Origin: an uncultured delta proteobacterium
GTDB lineage: Bacteria; Myxococcota_A; Polyangia; Palsa-1104
Assembly: GCA_963816965.1 (NCBI GenBank)
Contig: CAWFMP010000002.1
Location: forward strand, 875,673 to 939,672
Direction of reading: 5' to 3'
DNA length: 64,000 nucleotides
This document shows, piece after piece, positions 26,784-37,747 of the stretch; within the stretch, counting starts at the first letter, position 1; each line of letters opens with the position of its first letter. A model generated the notes under the pieces. It had not been told where the DNA came from. It did no database searches and saw only the letters and a program-made list of their open reading frames with translations. Made by a program: the position numbers and the translations under genes.

Positions 26784-27601
26784 GCCACGAGCGCTACATA
26801 AAGTTGATCGACGAGATGGTGGTCGGCGACGTTGCCACCGCCGATTGGAACGAGCTGCATCGCCACCTGGCCGGCTGCCCGTCGTGTCGCGCCCGCTACG
26901 ATCGCGTCGCGCTCGCCGAGCGGATGCTGCACGGTGGGCCCAAGGCGCTCGACACGCCGTCCTCGTCGACCCTCAAGCGCCTCGAAGGCGCGGTCCTCGG
27001 TGCCGCCGTGACGCCGGCGCCGGCCTGGCAGCGCGCGCTCGGCTGGTTCGCGCCCCCGCAGCGCTGGGCCGTCGGCGTGGCCGCGGCGGCGGCAGTGGTG
27101 GTGCTGCTCCCTTTTTTGGCGCGCTCACCAACGCCACCCGCAGGCGGGTTCCAGGCGCGCGGCGGCCCGACGAACGAGCGGACGGCGGGCCTGCGCGCGT
27201 TCTGCATCGGCGATGAGGGCGTCACGCCCCGCTGCGCGCGCACGACCCAGCTGCGCCTGACGGTGTCGAACGCGGGCAAGTTCCAGCGCGTCTTCGTCGT
27301 CGGCTTCGACGACGACTTCAACCCGAAGTGGTACGCCCCGCGCCCGCCCGAGCAGCAGTCGGTGGCCGCACCCGACGGGGTCGATCAGCAGATCGGCACC
27401 GCGGTGCGTCTCGGCGTCAACCACGATCCAGGCAAGGTGCGCATCTACGCCATCTTCTCCGACGCGCCGGTGACGACGCAAGAGGTGCAGGCCGCCGCCG
27501 ACCGCCTGCGCGAGCAGGGCAAGAAGCCGTCCCAGATCGAGTCGCTGCCGCTCTTGCGCACCGACGTCATCCAAAAGTCGCTGGTGCTGGACGTGGAATG
27601 A
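26780..27601 (+). CDS. anti-sigma factor, zinc-finger (ZAS-like) N-terminus, single TM, periplasmic C-domain
   Basis: ATG overlaps sigma stop (ATGA); HRHLAGCPSCRARYDRVALAERMLH; TM WAVGVAAAAAVVVLLPFL. Confidence 0.75.
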   Translation: MSHERYIKLIDEMVVGDVATADWNELHRHLAGCPSCRARYDRVALAERMLHGGPKALDTPSSSTLKRLEGAVLGAAVTPAPAWQRALGWFAPPQRWAVGVAAAAAVVVLLPFLARSPTPPAGGFQARGGPTNERTAGLRAFCIGDEGVTPRCARTTQLRLTVSNAGKFQRVFVVGFDDDFNPKWYAPRPPEQQSVAAPDGVDQQIGTAVRLGVNHDPGKVRIYAIFSDAPVTTQEVQAAADRLREQGKKPSQIESLPLLRTDVIQKSLVLDVE

Positions 27602-27620
27602 GCGCGCGCCGCCCACAGCC

Positions 27621-29394
27621 ATGAAGCGTGCCGTCGTCCTGGCCTCGCTTTTCGTGTGCGCCGCCGCGTCGGCGCGGACGAAGACCTACGCCATCATCGT
27701 CGCCGAGAATCGTTCGCTCGATCCCGGCGTCAAGCCGCTCCAGTTCGCCGACGACGACGGCGCCAAGACCTGGGAGCTCTTCTCGCTCTTCGCCGATCGC
27801 ACGGCGCTCTTCGTCGTCCTCGACACCGACAGCGCGCGGCTGCACCCCGACGCCGCCGCACACGCCGAGTCGCCCGAGCGCGCCGCCATCTTCGACAAGC
27901 TGGCCCGCTTCAACGCCGAGATGTCGCGCGACATCGATCGCGGCGACGAGCCCGAGCTCTTCTTCATCTACGCCGGCCACGGCGACGTCGACGGCAACGG
28001 GCAGGGCTACATCAACCTCCGCGACGCCAAGCTGACGCGCGCCGAGCTCTACCGCGACATCATCGCCCCCTCGAAGGCGCGCTTCGTCCACGTGGTCGTC
28101 GACGCCTGCAAGAGCTACTTCTTGGTCAACGCGCGCGGCGGGGGCAACCGGCGCTGGGTCGACGACGCCGTCCCCGCCGACGAAGGCGCGGCCGGCGACG
28201 CGCACCTGCAGGCGTTCCTCGAGGAGGAGCAGCTCGAGCGCCACCCGCGCGCCGGCGTCATCGTCGCCACCTCGGGCGATCAGGAGACGCACGAGTGGGC
28301 GCGCTATCGCGGCGGCATCCTCTCGCACGAGCTGCGCTCGGCGCTCTCCGGCGCCGCCGACGTCAACGACGACGGCCGCATCGAATACTCCGAGCTGCGC
28401 GCGTTCCTCGCCGCCGCCAACGCGCGCGTGCGCAACCCCGAGGCGCGCGTCGACGTGTTCGCGCGCGCGCCCGCGCTCGATCGCCATCACGCGCTCGTCG
28501 ACCTGCGGCGGGCGGCCCCGACGGCGCGCGCTTTCTCCACTTCGGCGCCGGCTTCGGCGGCCGCTTCTTCGTCGAGGACGATCGCGGCGTGCGCGTCGCT
28601 CGATCTCAACAAGGAGCCGGACGCCGTCGTTCGACGTCATGGTCTCGGCGCGCCACGCCTACTACGTGCGCTCCGACGATCAGGAGGCCGAAGCGGCTGC
28701 CGGCGACCGACGCGTCGACGTCGGCGACGCTGCCGTGGCACGCGCGCGCCATCGCCGCGCGCGGCGCGCATCGACGCCAGCTTCCGCAACGATCTCTACC
28801 GCGAGCCCTACGGCCGCGGCTTCTACGACGGCTTCGTCGCCACCTCGGGCGATCTGCCCGTCGAGGAGGGCGCCGCCGCTCGCTCGTCGCCACGGCGGCA
28901 CCACGCCCGCATCCGCGCCATCGCATCTCGATCGCCTACGGCGCTGTCGGGCGCGCCCGCCGGCGACAGCGGCCTGTCGAACGGCGTCGACCTGCGCTAC
29001 GCCTACCGCTTCTGGCGCGCGCTCGATCTCGGCCTCGCCGGCCAGGCCGGCTACGGCGCCAGCAGCCGCCGGCATCGCTGCGCGCGCGCCGCCGCGCTCG
29101 TCGTCGCTCGGCGCCGAGTGGCGTCCGGTGGCGCGGCTCGGCCTGCGCCTCGACACCGCCATCGGCTGGCAGCTCCTCTCCGGCAACGTGCAGCTCGGCG
29201 GCCAGCAGCTCACCGGCACCGAGCCGCGCGGCTTCCGCTACGAGCTCGCCGGCGGCATAAACATCAATGTCGACGGCAGCTTCGGCCTGTTCGCCCGCGG
29301 CGGCCTGGCGCTCGACGGCGTCTACCCGCACGGCTCGCCGTCGTCCCTCTCAGCCAACGGATTCCTCAATCTCGGCGTGCAGTTCTCACTTTGA
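27621..29394 (+). CDS. secreted caspase-like (C14 family) peptidase with C-terminal beta-rich domain; frame disruptions in the 3' half (28500-29200)
   Basis: Signal peptide; catalytic dyad context FFIYAGHGDVDGNGQGYINL and VHVVVDACKSYF; C-terminal region continues in two other frames. Confidence 0.7.
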
Positions 29395-29489
29395 TCGAAA
29401 AACTGCGCACTCGCCGTTAACAGTTTGGCGCTCCCCCTGCGTAGATGAAGTCAGATGTGAGCTTCGTCGGCTCACGAGGGGCACAAGCT

Positions 29490-30138
29490 ATGGCGAAGAC
29501 TGTAGCCGACTGCGCGCGGGGGAATTCGGCGGAAGAGGCGGCGCTGCTCGAGGCGCTGCTCGCCGCCAAGAAGAAGGTGCAGCACGACCGGCTGTGGGCC
29601 GACTTCGTGCAGCGCTACGAGCGGCTGATCGTCAGCTGCGTCGTCAAGGCGCTGCGTCGCTACGGCGCCACCTTCTCGCGCGACGACCTCGACGATCTGG
29701 TCGGCGACGTCTGGCTCGTGCTGCTGCGCGAGGACATGAAGAAGCTGCGCCAGTACGACGCGCACGCGCGGCTTCCGCATCGCCTCGTTCCTCGGGCTGG
29801 TCGCCACCAACGCCACCATCGATCACCTGCGCGCGCGCCAGGCCGAGGCGACGCCGCTCGACGACGTGATCGAGGACTACGCTTCGCTGCGCGCCGAGGC
29901 GCCGCGCGACGTGGTCGAAGCGCGCGAAGAGGCGGAGCTGGCGCGCGCGGCGCTGGCGCAGCTCTCGGGCGACGAGCGCGCCTTCGTGGTCGACTGCTTC
30001 CGCGACGAGCGCTCACCGGAGGAGCTGGCGCGCGCGCTCGGCGTCACGACCAACACGGTGTACAGCCGCAAGTTCAAGATCCGCGAGAAGCTGCAGAAGA
30101 TCGTCCGCACCCTCGACGGCGCGCCCGTCGCGGCGTAG
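29490..30138 (+). CDS. ECF sigma-70 family factor (one frame disruption near 29770)
   Basis: Region 2 WADFVQRYERLIVSCVVKALRRYG...LDDLVGDVWLVLLRE and region 4 LSGDERAFVVDCFRDERSPEELARALGVTTNTVYSRKFKIREKL lie in adjacent frames. Confidence 0.7.
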
Positions 30139-30204
30139 TTTCTGGGCGGGGAGGCGGCGCGCGGATCGGCTTCATCGAACGCGCCGGCGCCGTTCATCGC
30201 AGCG

Positions 30205-31580
30205 CTAACGTTGCGCGGCGCCAGTCGGGCGACACCCAGCGACGGAAGCTGATGAAGTTGTCGAGGCGCGCGGCCTGCTTCTCGACGGTGAGGCCGTCGG
30301 CGCGCACGATCTGGAAGCTGCGCTGCGATCCACGGCGCCAGCGTGCCCGGCTGCCCGAGCGGACCGGTCATGCGCGCCTCGCGCGCGACGCAACAGGCGC
30401 GTGCCGTCGGGCGACCAGCCGGCGGGCTCGACGTAGCCGACATCGGGATCGATCGCCGCCGGCGCCAGCGTCTCCTCGTCGTGCCCGCGCCGCAGCAGCA
30501 CCAGCTCCGTCCACGCCGGCAGCGGCGACTGCGCGAACACCACGCGCGTCGCCGCGCGGCGACATCCGCACCGACGACGGCCAGACCACGGCGTAGGTGC
30601 AGTGCTCGACAGCTTGGCGAAGCGCACGCAGGTCTCGCCCGGCTTGCCCGCGGTGATCTCGACCCGCGCCGTCGCGTGCCGCCGGCTCTGCCGCCCAGCG
30701 CACCGCGCCCACGCGCAGCGCCGCCTCGTCGTAGCGAAGCGTGTCGTCGTCGGCGAGCTCGGGCTTGTCGACCAGCGCCAGCGCGCGCTCCGCCCGCTCC
30801 TCCGAGGCGCGCGCCCCCTTCCAATCGCCCTTGCGCGCCTGCACATACGCAACCTCGGCGCGCACCGACGCCGCGCGGATGCGCACCCGATTGGCCAACC
30901 ACGCCGGCAGCGTCTGCGTCGTCGACCCGGTCGAGCACGTCGGCCTGCCATGCGCTCAGCGTCTCCCGATCCGCCGCCGCCAGCGCCGGATCGACGCAGG
31001 CGGGATCGGTCAGCGCCAGCGCCGCCCGCGCCTTGGCCGCCGCCGCCGCCGGCAGCGCCAGGACGCGCCGAAAGGCCTCGCCGTCGTAGCAGGTGCGCGC
31101 GCGCCCGTCGCGCTCGAACGAGCGGAACTTCACGCCGTAGCTCTCCGCCACCTCGATCTGCGCCGCCAGCGTCGCGTCGTTCGGCCGCGCCCACTTCGAC
31201 GACGCGCGCCGCCCCAGCCGCTCGGCCATGCCGCCGAGCGCGTCGAACACCTCGGGCCCGACCGCGCTCGCCGGCGCCGCGCGCAAGAACAGCGCCGCGT
31301 AGCCGATGCCGAGCGACTCCAGCCCCGGCTGGTCGCGCACGAAGTCGATGACCGCCGCCAGATCGCGGCGCCGACGTCTCGTCGACCGGGTAGCGTGCGC
31401 ACCTGCGACGGCCGCACGTAGCCCGGCCGCTCGTGCCGGTGATCGTAGACCTGCAGCCAACCCTGCCGCTCGCCGCGCACCTCGAGCCAGTCGCCGGCGT
31501 ACAGCAGCGTCTGCCGCGCCGCCGTCTCCTTGGCCGCCGCGCGCAGCGGCGTCGCGTCCTGGGTCACGATCGCAGCGACG
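30205..31580 (-). pseudogene. hypothetical protein (reading frame broken several times; boundaries uncertain)
   Basis: Coherent peptide stretches (DLAAVIDFVRDQPGLESLGIGYAALFLRAAPAS..., ANRVRIRAASVRAEVAYVQARKGDWKG..., IDPDVGYVEPAGWSPDGTRLL) occur in three frames on the minus strand. Confidence 0.3.
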
Positions 31581-31598
31581 CAGCGCCAGCGCGCAGCA

Positions 31599-32872
31599 TC
31601 ACTCTTCTCCGTCGCCGGTCGCCTTGGCCGCCTCGGCCGCCTTGGCCGCCGTCGGCGCGCGCCTGATCCATGCGCTGCCCGAGGAGCCCGCCGGCGAAGA
31701 AGCCGCCCGCCGACGGCGGCGCGATGATCACCTGGATCTTGTCCGACAGCTTGTCGGCCAGCGTCTTCTGGATCAGCAGCGGGTTCTTCTGGATCAAGCG
31801 CCGCCTCGCGCGCCATCTGCTGCGCCGACGCCCTGCCGGTCACGTCGATGCGGTAGGCGTCGGCGTCGGCCAGCTTGCGCCGCGAGTCGGCCTCGCCCCC
31901 GGCCTCGATGCGTCGCGCCTCCGCCTCCGCCTCGGCCTGCTTGAGCCGCGTCACCTTCGACGCCTCCGCCTCGAGCCGCCGCTGCTCGATCTCCTTCTCC
32001 TTGAACGGCAGCACGTGCTTCATCGCCTCCTCGCGCGACTTGGCGGCGATGATCTCCTCCTGCCCCGCCGCCTCGGCCGCCTTCTCGCGCTTGACCTTGT
32101 CGGCGTCGGCGTCGAGCTCGGCCTCCTTGACCTCCTTGTCCTTGAGCTCGAGCGTGTAGCGCATCTTCTCCGCCGACAGCTCCTCGGCCAGCAGCGACTC
32201 GAGCCCCTTTTTGTAGTCCTCGGGCAGATCGACGTTGCCGATGAACACGTTGCGCACGACGATCCCGTCGGGCAAGAGGTCCGGCTTGAGCTGCTCCTCG
32301 ATCGCCTTCTGGATCTCCGCCCGCTGCGTGGAGAAGATCTCGCGCACCGTGTGCTTGGCGAAGGTGCGATGCAGGACGCCGTCGACCACCGGCTCGACCA
32401 GCTCGCGCCCGACGTCGGCCGGCAGCTCCTCGGCGACGGTGACCACGCGCGCCGGATCGAGCGCGTAGCGCACCGCCACGTCGACGCCGATGCTCAGCCC
32501 CTCGACCGTCTGGAAGGGCGCGTCGCCGTCGGCGCGCTGCGAGCGCTCGGGGCGATAGATCTGATCGCGCAGGGGAAAGCGCCGCAGCTCGTGCATGCCG
32601 GGCACCACCAGCGCCCACCCTTCGTGCAGCTTGTCGACGTGCCCGGTCAGCCGGTTGACGCGCACGCCCACTTCGCCGGGGTTGATGGTGCGCACCGGCC
32701 GCATCCAGATGAACCCGGCCGTCAGCCCACACAGCGACAGCACGGCCAGGATCCGCCGTCCGCGCTCGTGCTGCACCAGCTCGATGACCCCGAGCACCGC
32801 CGCCCACGACGTCGCCCGCACCAGGTAGCCGACCTTCGCCAACCGCGCACCGAAACGCTTGAGCACCTGCAT
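31599..32872 (-). CDS. SPFH / band-7 (prohibitin-HflK/C-like) membrane protein with long coiled-coil; frame disruption near 31790
   Basis: N-terminal TM then PGEVGVRVNRLTGHVDKLHEGWALVVPGMHELRRFPLRDQIY...; C-terminal ...IQKNPLLIQKTLADKLSDKIQVIIAPPSAGGFFAGGLLG in another frame. Confidence 0.75.
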
Positions 32873-32931
32873 GTTCGCCCTCCGCGCGCGCGGCTCGGTG
32901 CACGCCGCGCGCCGGCGACAAGCGCGCGGAT

Positions 32932-34113
32932 CTACTCGGCGCGCGTCTGGGCGGACACGGCGGGCGTGTACGCCGCGCCACGCGACAGGTGCAGCCCCAC
33001 GGCCACCAGGCAGACCGCGAAGCAGCTCGACCACAGCGCCACCGAGCCGAAGTGGCCGAGCACCAGTGAGCCGAGCGCGGGCGCCAGGCAGGACGCCGCG
33101 CCCCAGGCCATCGAGTAGACGCCCTGGTAGGTGCCGCGCAGCGTCGTCGGAGCGAGGTCGGAGACGATGGCCGGCGACACCGGCGAATAGAGCAGCTCGG
33201 CGGTGGTCCAGGTGACCACGGTCAGCGCGTACCAGGCCGTCGAGTGGCCGGCGCCGGTGAGCCCGAAGCCGATGCCTTGGAGCAGCGCCGCCACGGCGAG
33301 CACGCGCCCGCGATCGAAGCGCTGCACCAGGCCAATCGCCGTCGGCTGCAGGAGCACGATCATGACGCCGTTGATCGCCAGCAGCCAGCCGTAGGTGACC
33401 GGCGCGATGCCGTGATCGCGCAGGTCGACGGGGAGGGTGGAGTTGCCCTGCGACCCGACGAACATGACCAGGAACTGCGCCAGCACGAACGCCATGAACG
33501 CGCGATCGCGGAGCGGCACCCGCGGGTCCGGCCGCTCGCGCCGTTCGGCGTGGCGCTCCGGGTGGGTCTCGGGCACGCGCAGCCAGACGATGACGCCGAA
33601 CGCCAGCGTCGTCGCCGCGTCGCCGATGAACAGGAGCGTGAAGCTTCGCTCGGCCATGAAGCCGGCGATCATCGCCGCGCCGGAGAAGCCGAGGTTGACC
33701 GCCCAGTAGAGGTAGCCGTACGCGCGGGTGCGCTGGGCGGGCGGGATGATGTCGGCGATGGCCGCCTGCTGCGCCGGGCGGTACAGGTCGCTGCAGAAGC
33801 CGAGCAGCGGCGCCGACAGCGCGATGTGCCAGACCGCGCGCGCGAACCCGAGCTGCAGCATGGCGGCGGCGCCGAGGACGAAGCTGAGGATCATGGTGCG
33901 GCGGCGGCCGACGTGATCGGCGAGGTAGCCGCCGACCGGGCCGGAGGCGAACGACCCGGCGCCGTAGAGCGCGATGACCAGGCCGGCGCGCGCGACCGTG
34001 AAGTGGCGCGCCTGGGTCAGGTAGAGCGCGAGGAAGGTGTAGACGAAGCCACCCAGGCGGTTGATGAGCGCGCCCGTCCACAGGTACCAGAAGGTCCGGG
34101 GCAGCCCGCGCAC
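32932..34113 (-). CDS. MFS transporter
   Basis: 393 aa; 12 predicted TM helices; MFS signature-like GYLADHVGRRRTM. Confidence 0.85.
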   Translation of the reverse strand: MRGLPRTFWYLWTGALINRLGGFVYTFLALYLTQARHFTVARAGLVIALYGAGSFASGPVGGYLADHVGRRRTMILSFVLGAAAMLQLGFARAVWHIALSAPLLGFCSDLYRPAQQAAIADIIPPAQRTRAYGYLYWAVNLGFSGAAMIAGFMAERSFTLLFIGDAATTLAFGVIVWLRVPETHPERHAERRERPDPRVPLRDRAFMAFVLAQFLVMFVGSQGNSTLPVDLRDHGIAPVTYGWLLAINGVMIVLLQPTAIGLVQRFDRGRVLAVAALLQGIGFGLTGAGHSTAWYALTVVTWTTAELLYSPVSPAIVSDLAPTTLRGTYQGVYSMAWGAASCLAPALGSLVLGHFGSVALWSSCFAVCLVAVGLHLSRGAAYTPAVSAQTRAE

Positions 34114-34208
34114 GCGCGCAGTCTAAATCAGCATCTCCCCGCCGAAGCCCGAAAACGCCGCTCCTCACTGGTGGAGCTCGCCGCCGCCGCGTCCGCGTCG
34201 GCTGCACT

Positions 34209-34328
34209 GAGGCCCCGTGCGCTCTACCCCGCTGGGCGAGTTCCGCAGCACAGGCAAGGGGCCTAATCGAGCACAGCGGCCCGGTGGCGAGGACTGTTTG
34301 AGCCCAGCGGGGTAGAGCGCGCGGGGCC
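34209..34328. repeat. family A MITE-like element, copy 4 (inverted orientation)
   Basis: Reverse complement matches copy 1 including TIRs. Confidence 0.8.
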
Positions 34329-34365
34329 GGACGTAGCGCTCGGCGCCCTCCGCTGTCGGTCTGCT

Positions 34366-36279
34366 CTACTGCGAGAGGATCAGCACCTGATAAGGCCCGA
34401 GTTGCAGCGACCCCATCTGGGCGAAGCCGTCACGCGCCGTCGCCGTCGTGGCGACATCCGCCGTCGGCGTAGCGGGGAAGTCGGCCGAGTACTTGGCGTC
34501 GTTCGACGAGAAGCGCACCTTCCACGCGCCCGCGTGCGGCAGTCCCAGGTCGTAGCGGGCAAACGGCTTGGCGCTGAAGTTGGCCACTACGATCACGTCG
34601 TCGCCGGCGCCGCCCGCATCCCAGCGGCGATAGGCGATCACCTTCGCCGTGTCGTTCACGTGGAACACCGAGACGTTGTTGCCGCGCAGTCCGTGCGTGT
34701 GGCCGTCGCTGTCGTGGCGCAGGCGGATGAGATCGCCGTACAAGCGAAGGATTCCCGCGTAGGTCGTCTGCTTGGACCAGTCGAGCGGCGTGGTGCCGTC
34801 GAAGTGGCCGTTCTCGAGGAACTCCTGGCCCATGAAGATCATGGGCACGCCGGGCGCGGTCATGACGATGGCGGCGCCGAGCGTGGAGCGCTGGCGCGCG
34901 ACCAGCGAGCCGGCGTTGCCGGGCGAGATCATCTCGGGGATGCGTGACTTGCCGTTGGCGACCTCGTCGTGGTCCTCGGTATAGAGGATGCGCTGGCCCG
35001 GGGCGCCGTTGTACTCGTGCATGATGGCGCCGGCGATGGCCGCCATCGAGCGATCGCTGTCGTTGGCGGTGATGATGTTGTCGTCGACGGGATGGAAGAA
35101 CGCGGCGTCCCACTGGGTGTCGAACCCGAGGCCGCCCTTGGCCGTCGTCTGGGTCACGTCGTCGGCCGTCTGCAGATCTTCGGCGATCTGCAGCTTGCGC
35201 GGTGTCAGCGCGTGCACCGCGTCGTTGATCTCGCGGAGCAGCGACGCGCCGTCCGGGATGGGGACGCCCGCCGAGCCCCAGGTGGTGGCGCGGATGCTGA
35301 TGGTCGAGTCCCAGCGCAAGCCGTCGGCGCGGTACTCGTCGAGCCACTCGACGGCGTTGTCGCGGATGAAGGCGCGCACGTCGCCGTCGGAGAAGTTGGG
35401 GCGCGGCCCCCACGGCGTCGATTTGCGCGTGTCGTCGGTGTAGAAGTAGGCGTTGTCGGTGCAGTCGCCGTCCCAGCACCACAAGCCCGTCTTCGACGAG
35501 TAGTGGTTGTGGACGATGTCGATGTAGACGGCGAGGCCGCGCGCGTGGGCGGCGTCGATGAAGGCCTTGGCGTCGTCGGGCCCGCCGTAGACGTTGTGCA
35601 CCGCGAAGGGCCACGATGGGTTGTAGCCCCAGGTCGTGTCTGTCGCGCACAGCACCGGCGGCATGATCTCGACGGCGTTGATCCCGAGGCTGGCCAGGTA
35701 GTCGAGCTTCTGCGCGGCCGCGGCCCAGGTGCCGATCGTCGTCGGCGTGGCCCGGGCGAAGGTGCCGAGGTGCAGCTCGTAGATGACGGTGTCGTCGAGC
35801 GGCGGCGGCGCGAAGGTGGCGCTCTTCCAGACGTAGGCGCGCGGATCGACGATGATGCTGTGGCCGTTGGTGGCGGCGGTCAGCTGGCGCGCGCGCGGGT
35901 CGGCGTGGGTGACGCTGCTGCCGTCGGCCAGCGTGACGGTGTAGGCGTACTGCTGCCCGACCATCGCGCCGGCGACGTCGGCCCAGAAGAAGCCCTTGCC
36001 GTCGGCGGCGAGCGCGTCGGCGCCGGCGCTCCAGGCGTTGAAGTCGCCGACGACGGAGACCTGCGCGGCGTGCGGCGCCCAGACGCGAAAGAAGACGCCG
36101 CCCGGATGCGGCGTGGCGCCCAGCGGTCCGCCCCCGGGAAGCGCGGCATCGAAGTCACCGCCGCCATCGCTGGCGGGCACCGCCGCGTCGTCGGCAAGGG
36201 CGCCCGCGTCGAGCACGTGCAGCCGGTAGGTCCCGCAGCCGACGGCGAGCGAGGCAAGGCACACGATCGCCGCACGCAT
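34366..36279 (-). CDS. GH13 alpha-amylase-family lipoprotein with N-terminal CBM48-like domain
   Basis: 637 aa; lipobox LAVGCG; FRVWAPHAAQVSVVGDFNAW (CBM48-like); GH13 regions GINAVEIMP, GLAVYIDIVHNH, GLRWDS, FMGQEF. Confidence 0.85.
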   Translation of the reverse strand: MRAAIVCLASLAVGCGTYRLHVLDAGALADDAAVPASDGGGDFDAALPGGGPLGATPHPGGVFFRVWAPHAAQVSVVGDFNAWSAGADALAADGKGFFWADVAGAMVGQQYAYTVTLADGSSVTHADPRARQLTAATNGHSIIVDPRAYVWKSATFAPPPLDDTVIYELHLGTFARATPTTIGTWAAAAQKLDYLASLGINAVEIMPPVLCATDTTWGYNPSWPFAVHNVYGGPDDAKAFIDAAHARGLAVYIDIVHNHYSSKTGLWCWDGDCTDNAYFYTDDTRKSTPWGPRPNFSDGDVRAFIRDNAVEWLDEYRADGLRWDSTISIRATTWGSAGVPIPDGASLLREINDAVHALTPRKLQIAEDLQTADDVTQTTAKGGLGFDTQWDAAFFHPVDDNIITANDSDRSMAAIAGAIMHEYNGAPGQRILYTEDHDEVANGKSRIPEMISPGNAGSLVARQRSTLGAAIVMTAPGVPMIFMGQEFLENGHFDGTTPLDWSKQTTYAGILRLYGDLIRLRHDSDGHTHGLRGNNVSVFHVNDTAKVIAYRRWDAGGAGDDVIVVANFSAKPFARYDLGLPHAGAWKVRFSSNDAKYSADFPATPTADVATTATARDGFAQMGSLQLGPYQVLILSQ

Positions 36280-36306
36280 GTCCGCCTCCCGTAACTCAGG
36301 GAAGCG

Positions 36307-36525
36307 TTACGCCGCGGGCGGCGTGCTGTCAAGCGTTCGCTGGTCGCCCGCCGCCGGCGGCAGGGCGGGCCGGGCCCGCCGCGCGCGCAGAAACAGCGAG
36401 ATGATCGGCGTCAGCAACGCGATCGCCGCCATCCCGAAGAGCAGAAACGTCACGTCCACGCCCAGCGACGACGAGTTGGGGTTGTACCCCCACTTGACCG
36501 CCAGGATCCGCCCGCGCTTGGCCAT
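36307..36525 (-). CDS. small membrane protein (72 aa), hypothetical
   Basis: ATG overlaps stop of upstream Cys-rich lipoprotein (TGATG); one TM helice VDVTFLLFGMAAIALLTPIISLFL. Confidence 0.35.
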   Translation of the reverse strand: MAKRGRILAVKWGYNPNSSSLGVDVTFLLFGMAAIALLTPIISLFLRARRARPALPPAAGDQRTLDSTPPAA

Positions 36526-36986
36526 CACATGTCCGCAGTGCAGGCGTTCGCCTGCGCCACGCACTTGTGGCACTCGTCGGGGTTCTGCGACGGCGAGCAG
36601 CTCGCGCTCTCGGGCAGGTAGGTGTTGTTGATGCAGGTGTTGCAGGCCATGCTCAGCATGCCCGTGGCGTCAGGGGCGCAGACCATGCCCATTGCCGTCG
36701 GGCAGTACTGAACGAAGCAGCTCTGCAGGTCGTTCTCGAGCGCGACCGCGGTCGGCGTGGACATGTTGCGGCACATGAAGACGCACGCCTTGGTCATGCA
36801 CGCGCGCTCGCAGGCGTTCAGGGCCGAGCAGTTGTAGGCGCCGTAGAGATCGAGGCCCGCGAGATCGAAGATGTGCTGGGTCGCCATGTCCGGCACCGGG
36901 GCGGCGGCGTCTTGGGTGTTGAAGTCGCCGTTCAGACAGCCGGCGACGAGGAAAGCGGGAAGGACGAAACGGAGGAGGGCGCTCAT
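36525..36986 (-). CDS. Cys-rich secreted lipoprotein (paralogue A)
   Basis: 153 aa; lipobox LVAGCL; 19 Cys; C-terminal ...CVAQANACTADM. Confidence 0.6.
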   Translation of the reverse strand: MSALLRFVLPAFLVAGCLNGDFNTQDAAAPVPDMATQHIFDLAGLDLYGAYNCSALNACERACMTKACVFMCRNMSTPTAVALENDLQSCFVQYCPTAMGMVCAPDATGMLSMACNTCINNTYLPESASCSPSQNPDECHKCVAQANACTADM

Positions 36987-37000
36987 GCCCTCCTATTAAA

Positions 37001-37597
37001 TCACATATCGTTGAGGCAGGCGTTGAACGCCGTCATGCACATCGTCTGCGCGCCCGTGCAGTCCGCGCCGGTCGGCATCGAGCACATGCCCGTCGGCGGG
37101 CCGGGGTTCGCCGGATCGACGCTGATGTCGTAGATCCAGATGTTGCGCGCCTGGTCGAGGCAGGGCAGGCACGACGTCGACATATAGCCGGTCGCGCTGC
37201 AGGCCGCGTAGGTGCTCCCCGGATCGCAGAGCAGCGATGAGCCGGCCATGCCGGGCACCGGGAGCTGGATGCACTTGCCGGTCATCATGTCGGCGTTGCC
37301 GATGCAGTAGTTCTGGCCGCAGATGACGGCGTTGTTCCACTTCGTGGCGCTGCCGGCCTTCGCGTTCTTCGAGCACTGCGTCGCGCAGGTGTTGATGTCC
37401 GTGCCGCCGCTGATGCAGGTGTAGACGCAGTTCGCGACGCCCATGCAGTTGGTCTTCGCGATCGCCATGTCCTGGGTGCCGCCCGAGCCGGCCATGTCCT
37501 TGCCCATGTCCCCGCTGCTGTTGTTCGAGTTGCCGCAGTTCGCCAGAGCGAACCCGCCGACCGCCGCCACCGCCAAAGCCAAGAACGTATGACGCAT
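37001..37597 (-). CDS. Cys-rich secreted lipoprotein (paralogue B)
   Basis: 198 aa; lipobox ALANCG; many Cys; C-terminal ...CMTAFNACLNDM parallels paralogue A. Confidence 0.6.
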   Translation of the reverse strand: MRHTFLALAVAAVGGFALANCGNSNNSSGDMGKDMAGSGGTQDMAIAKTNCMGVANCVYTCISGGTDINTCATQCSKNAKAGSATKWNNAVICGQNYCIGNADMMTGKCIQLPVPGMAGSSLLCDPGSTYAACSATGYMSTSCLPCLDQARNIWIYDISVDPANPGPPTGMCSMPTGADCTGAQTMCMTAFNACLNDM

Positions 37598-37747
37598 TGA
37601 AACCTCCGGTAATATGTTGCAACTCCACGTCCTTGATACGATGTGTGGCCGATCACGTAAAGCGAAAAACGCGCAATTTGCGCACGGAAGTGTGCATTTT
37701 GCCGCGCGGTGCGGTTTTTTTCGACCGGCGTGTTAAAAAACGCGCCG

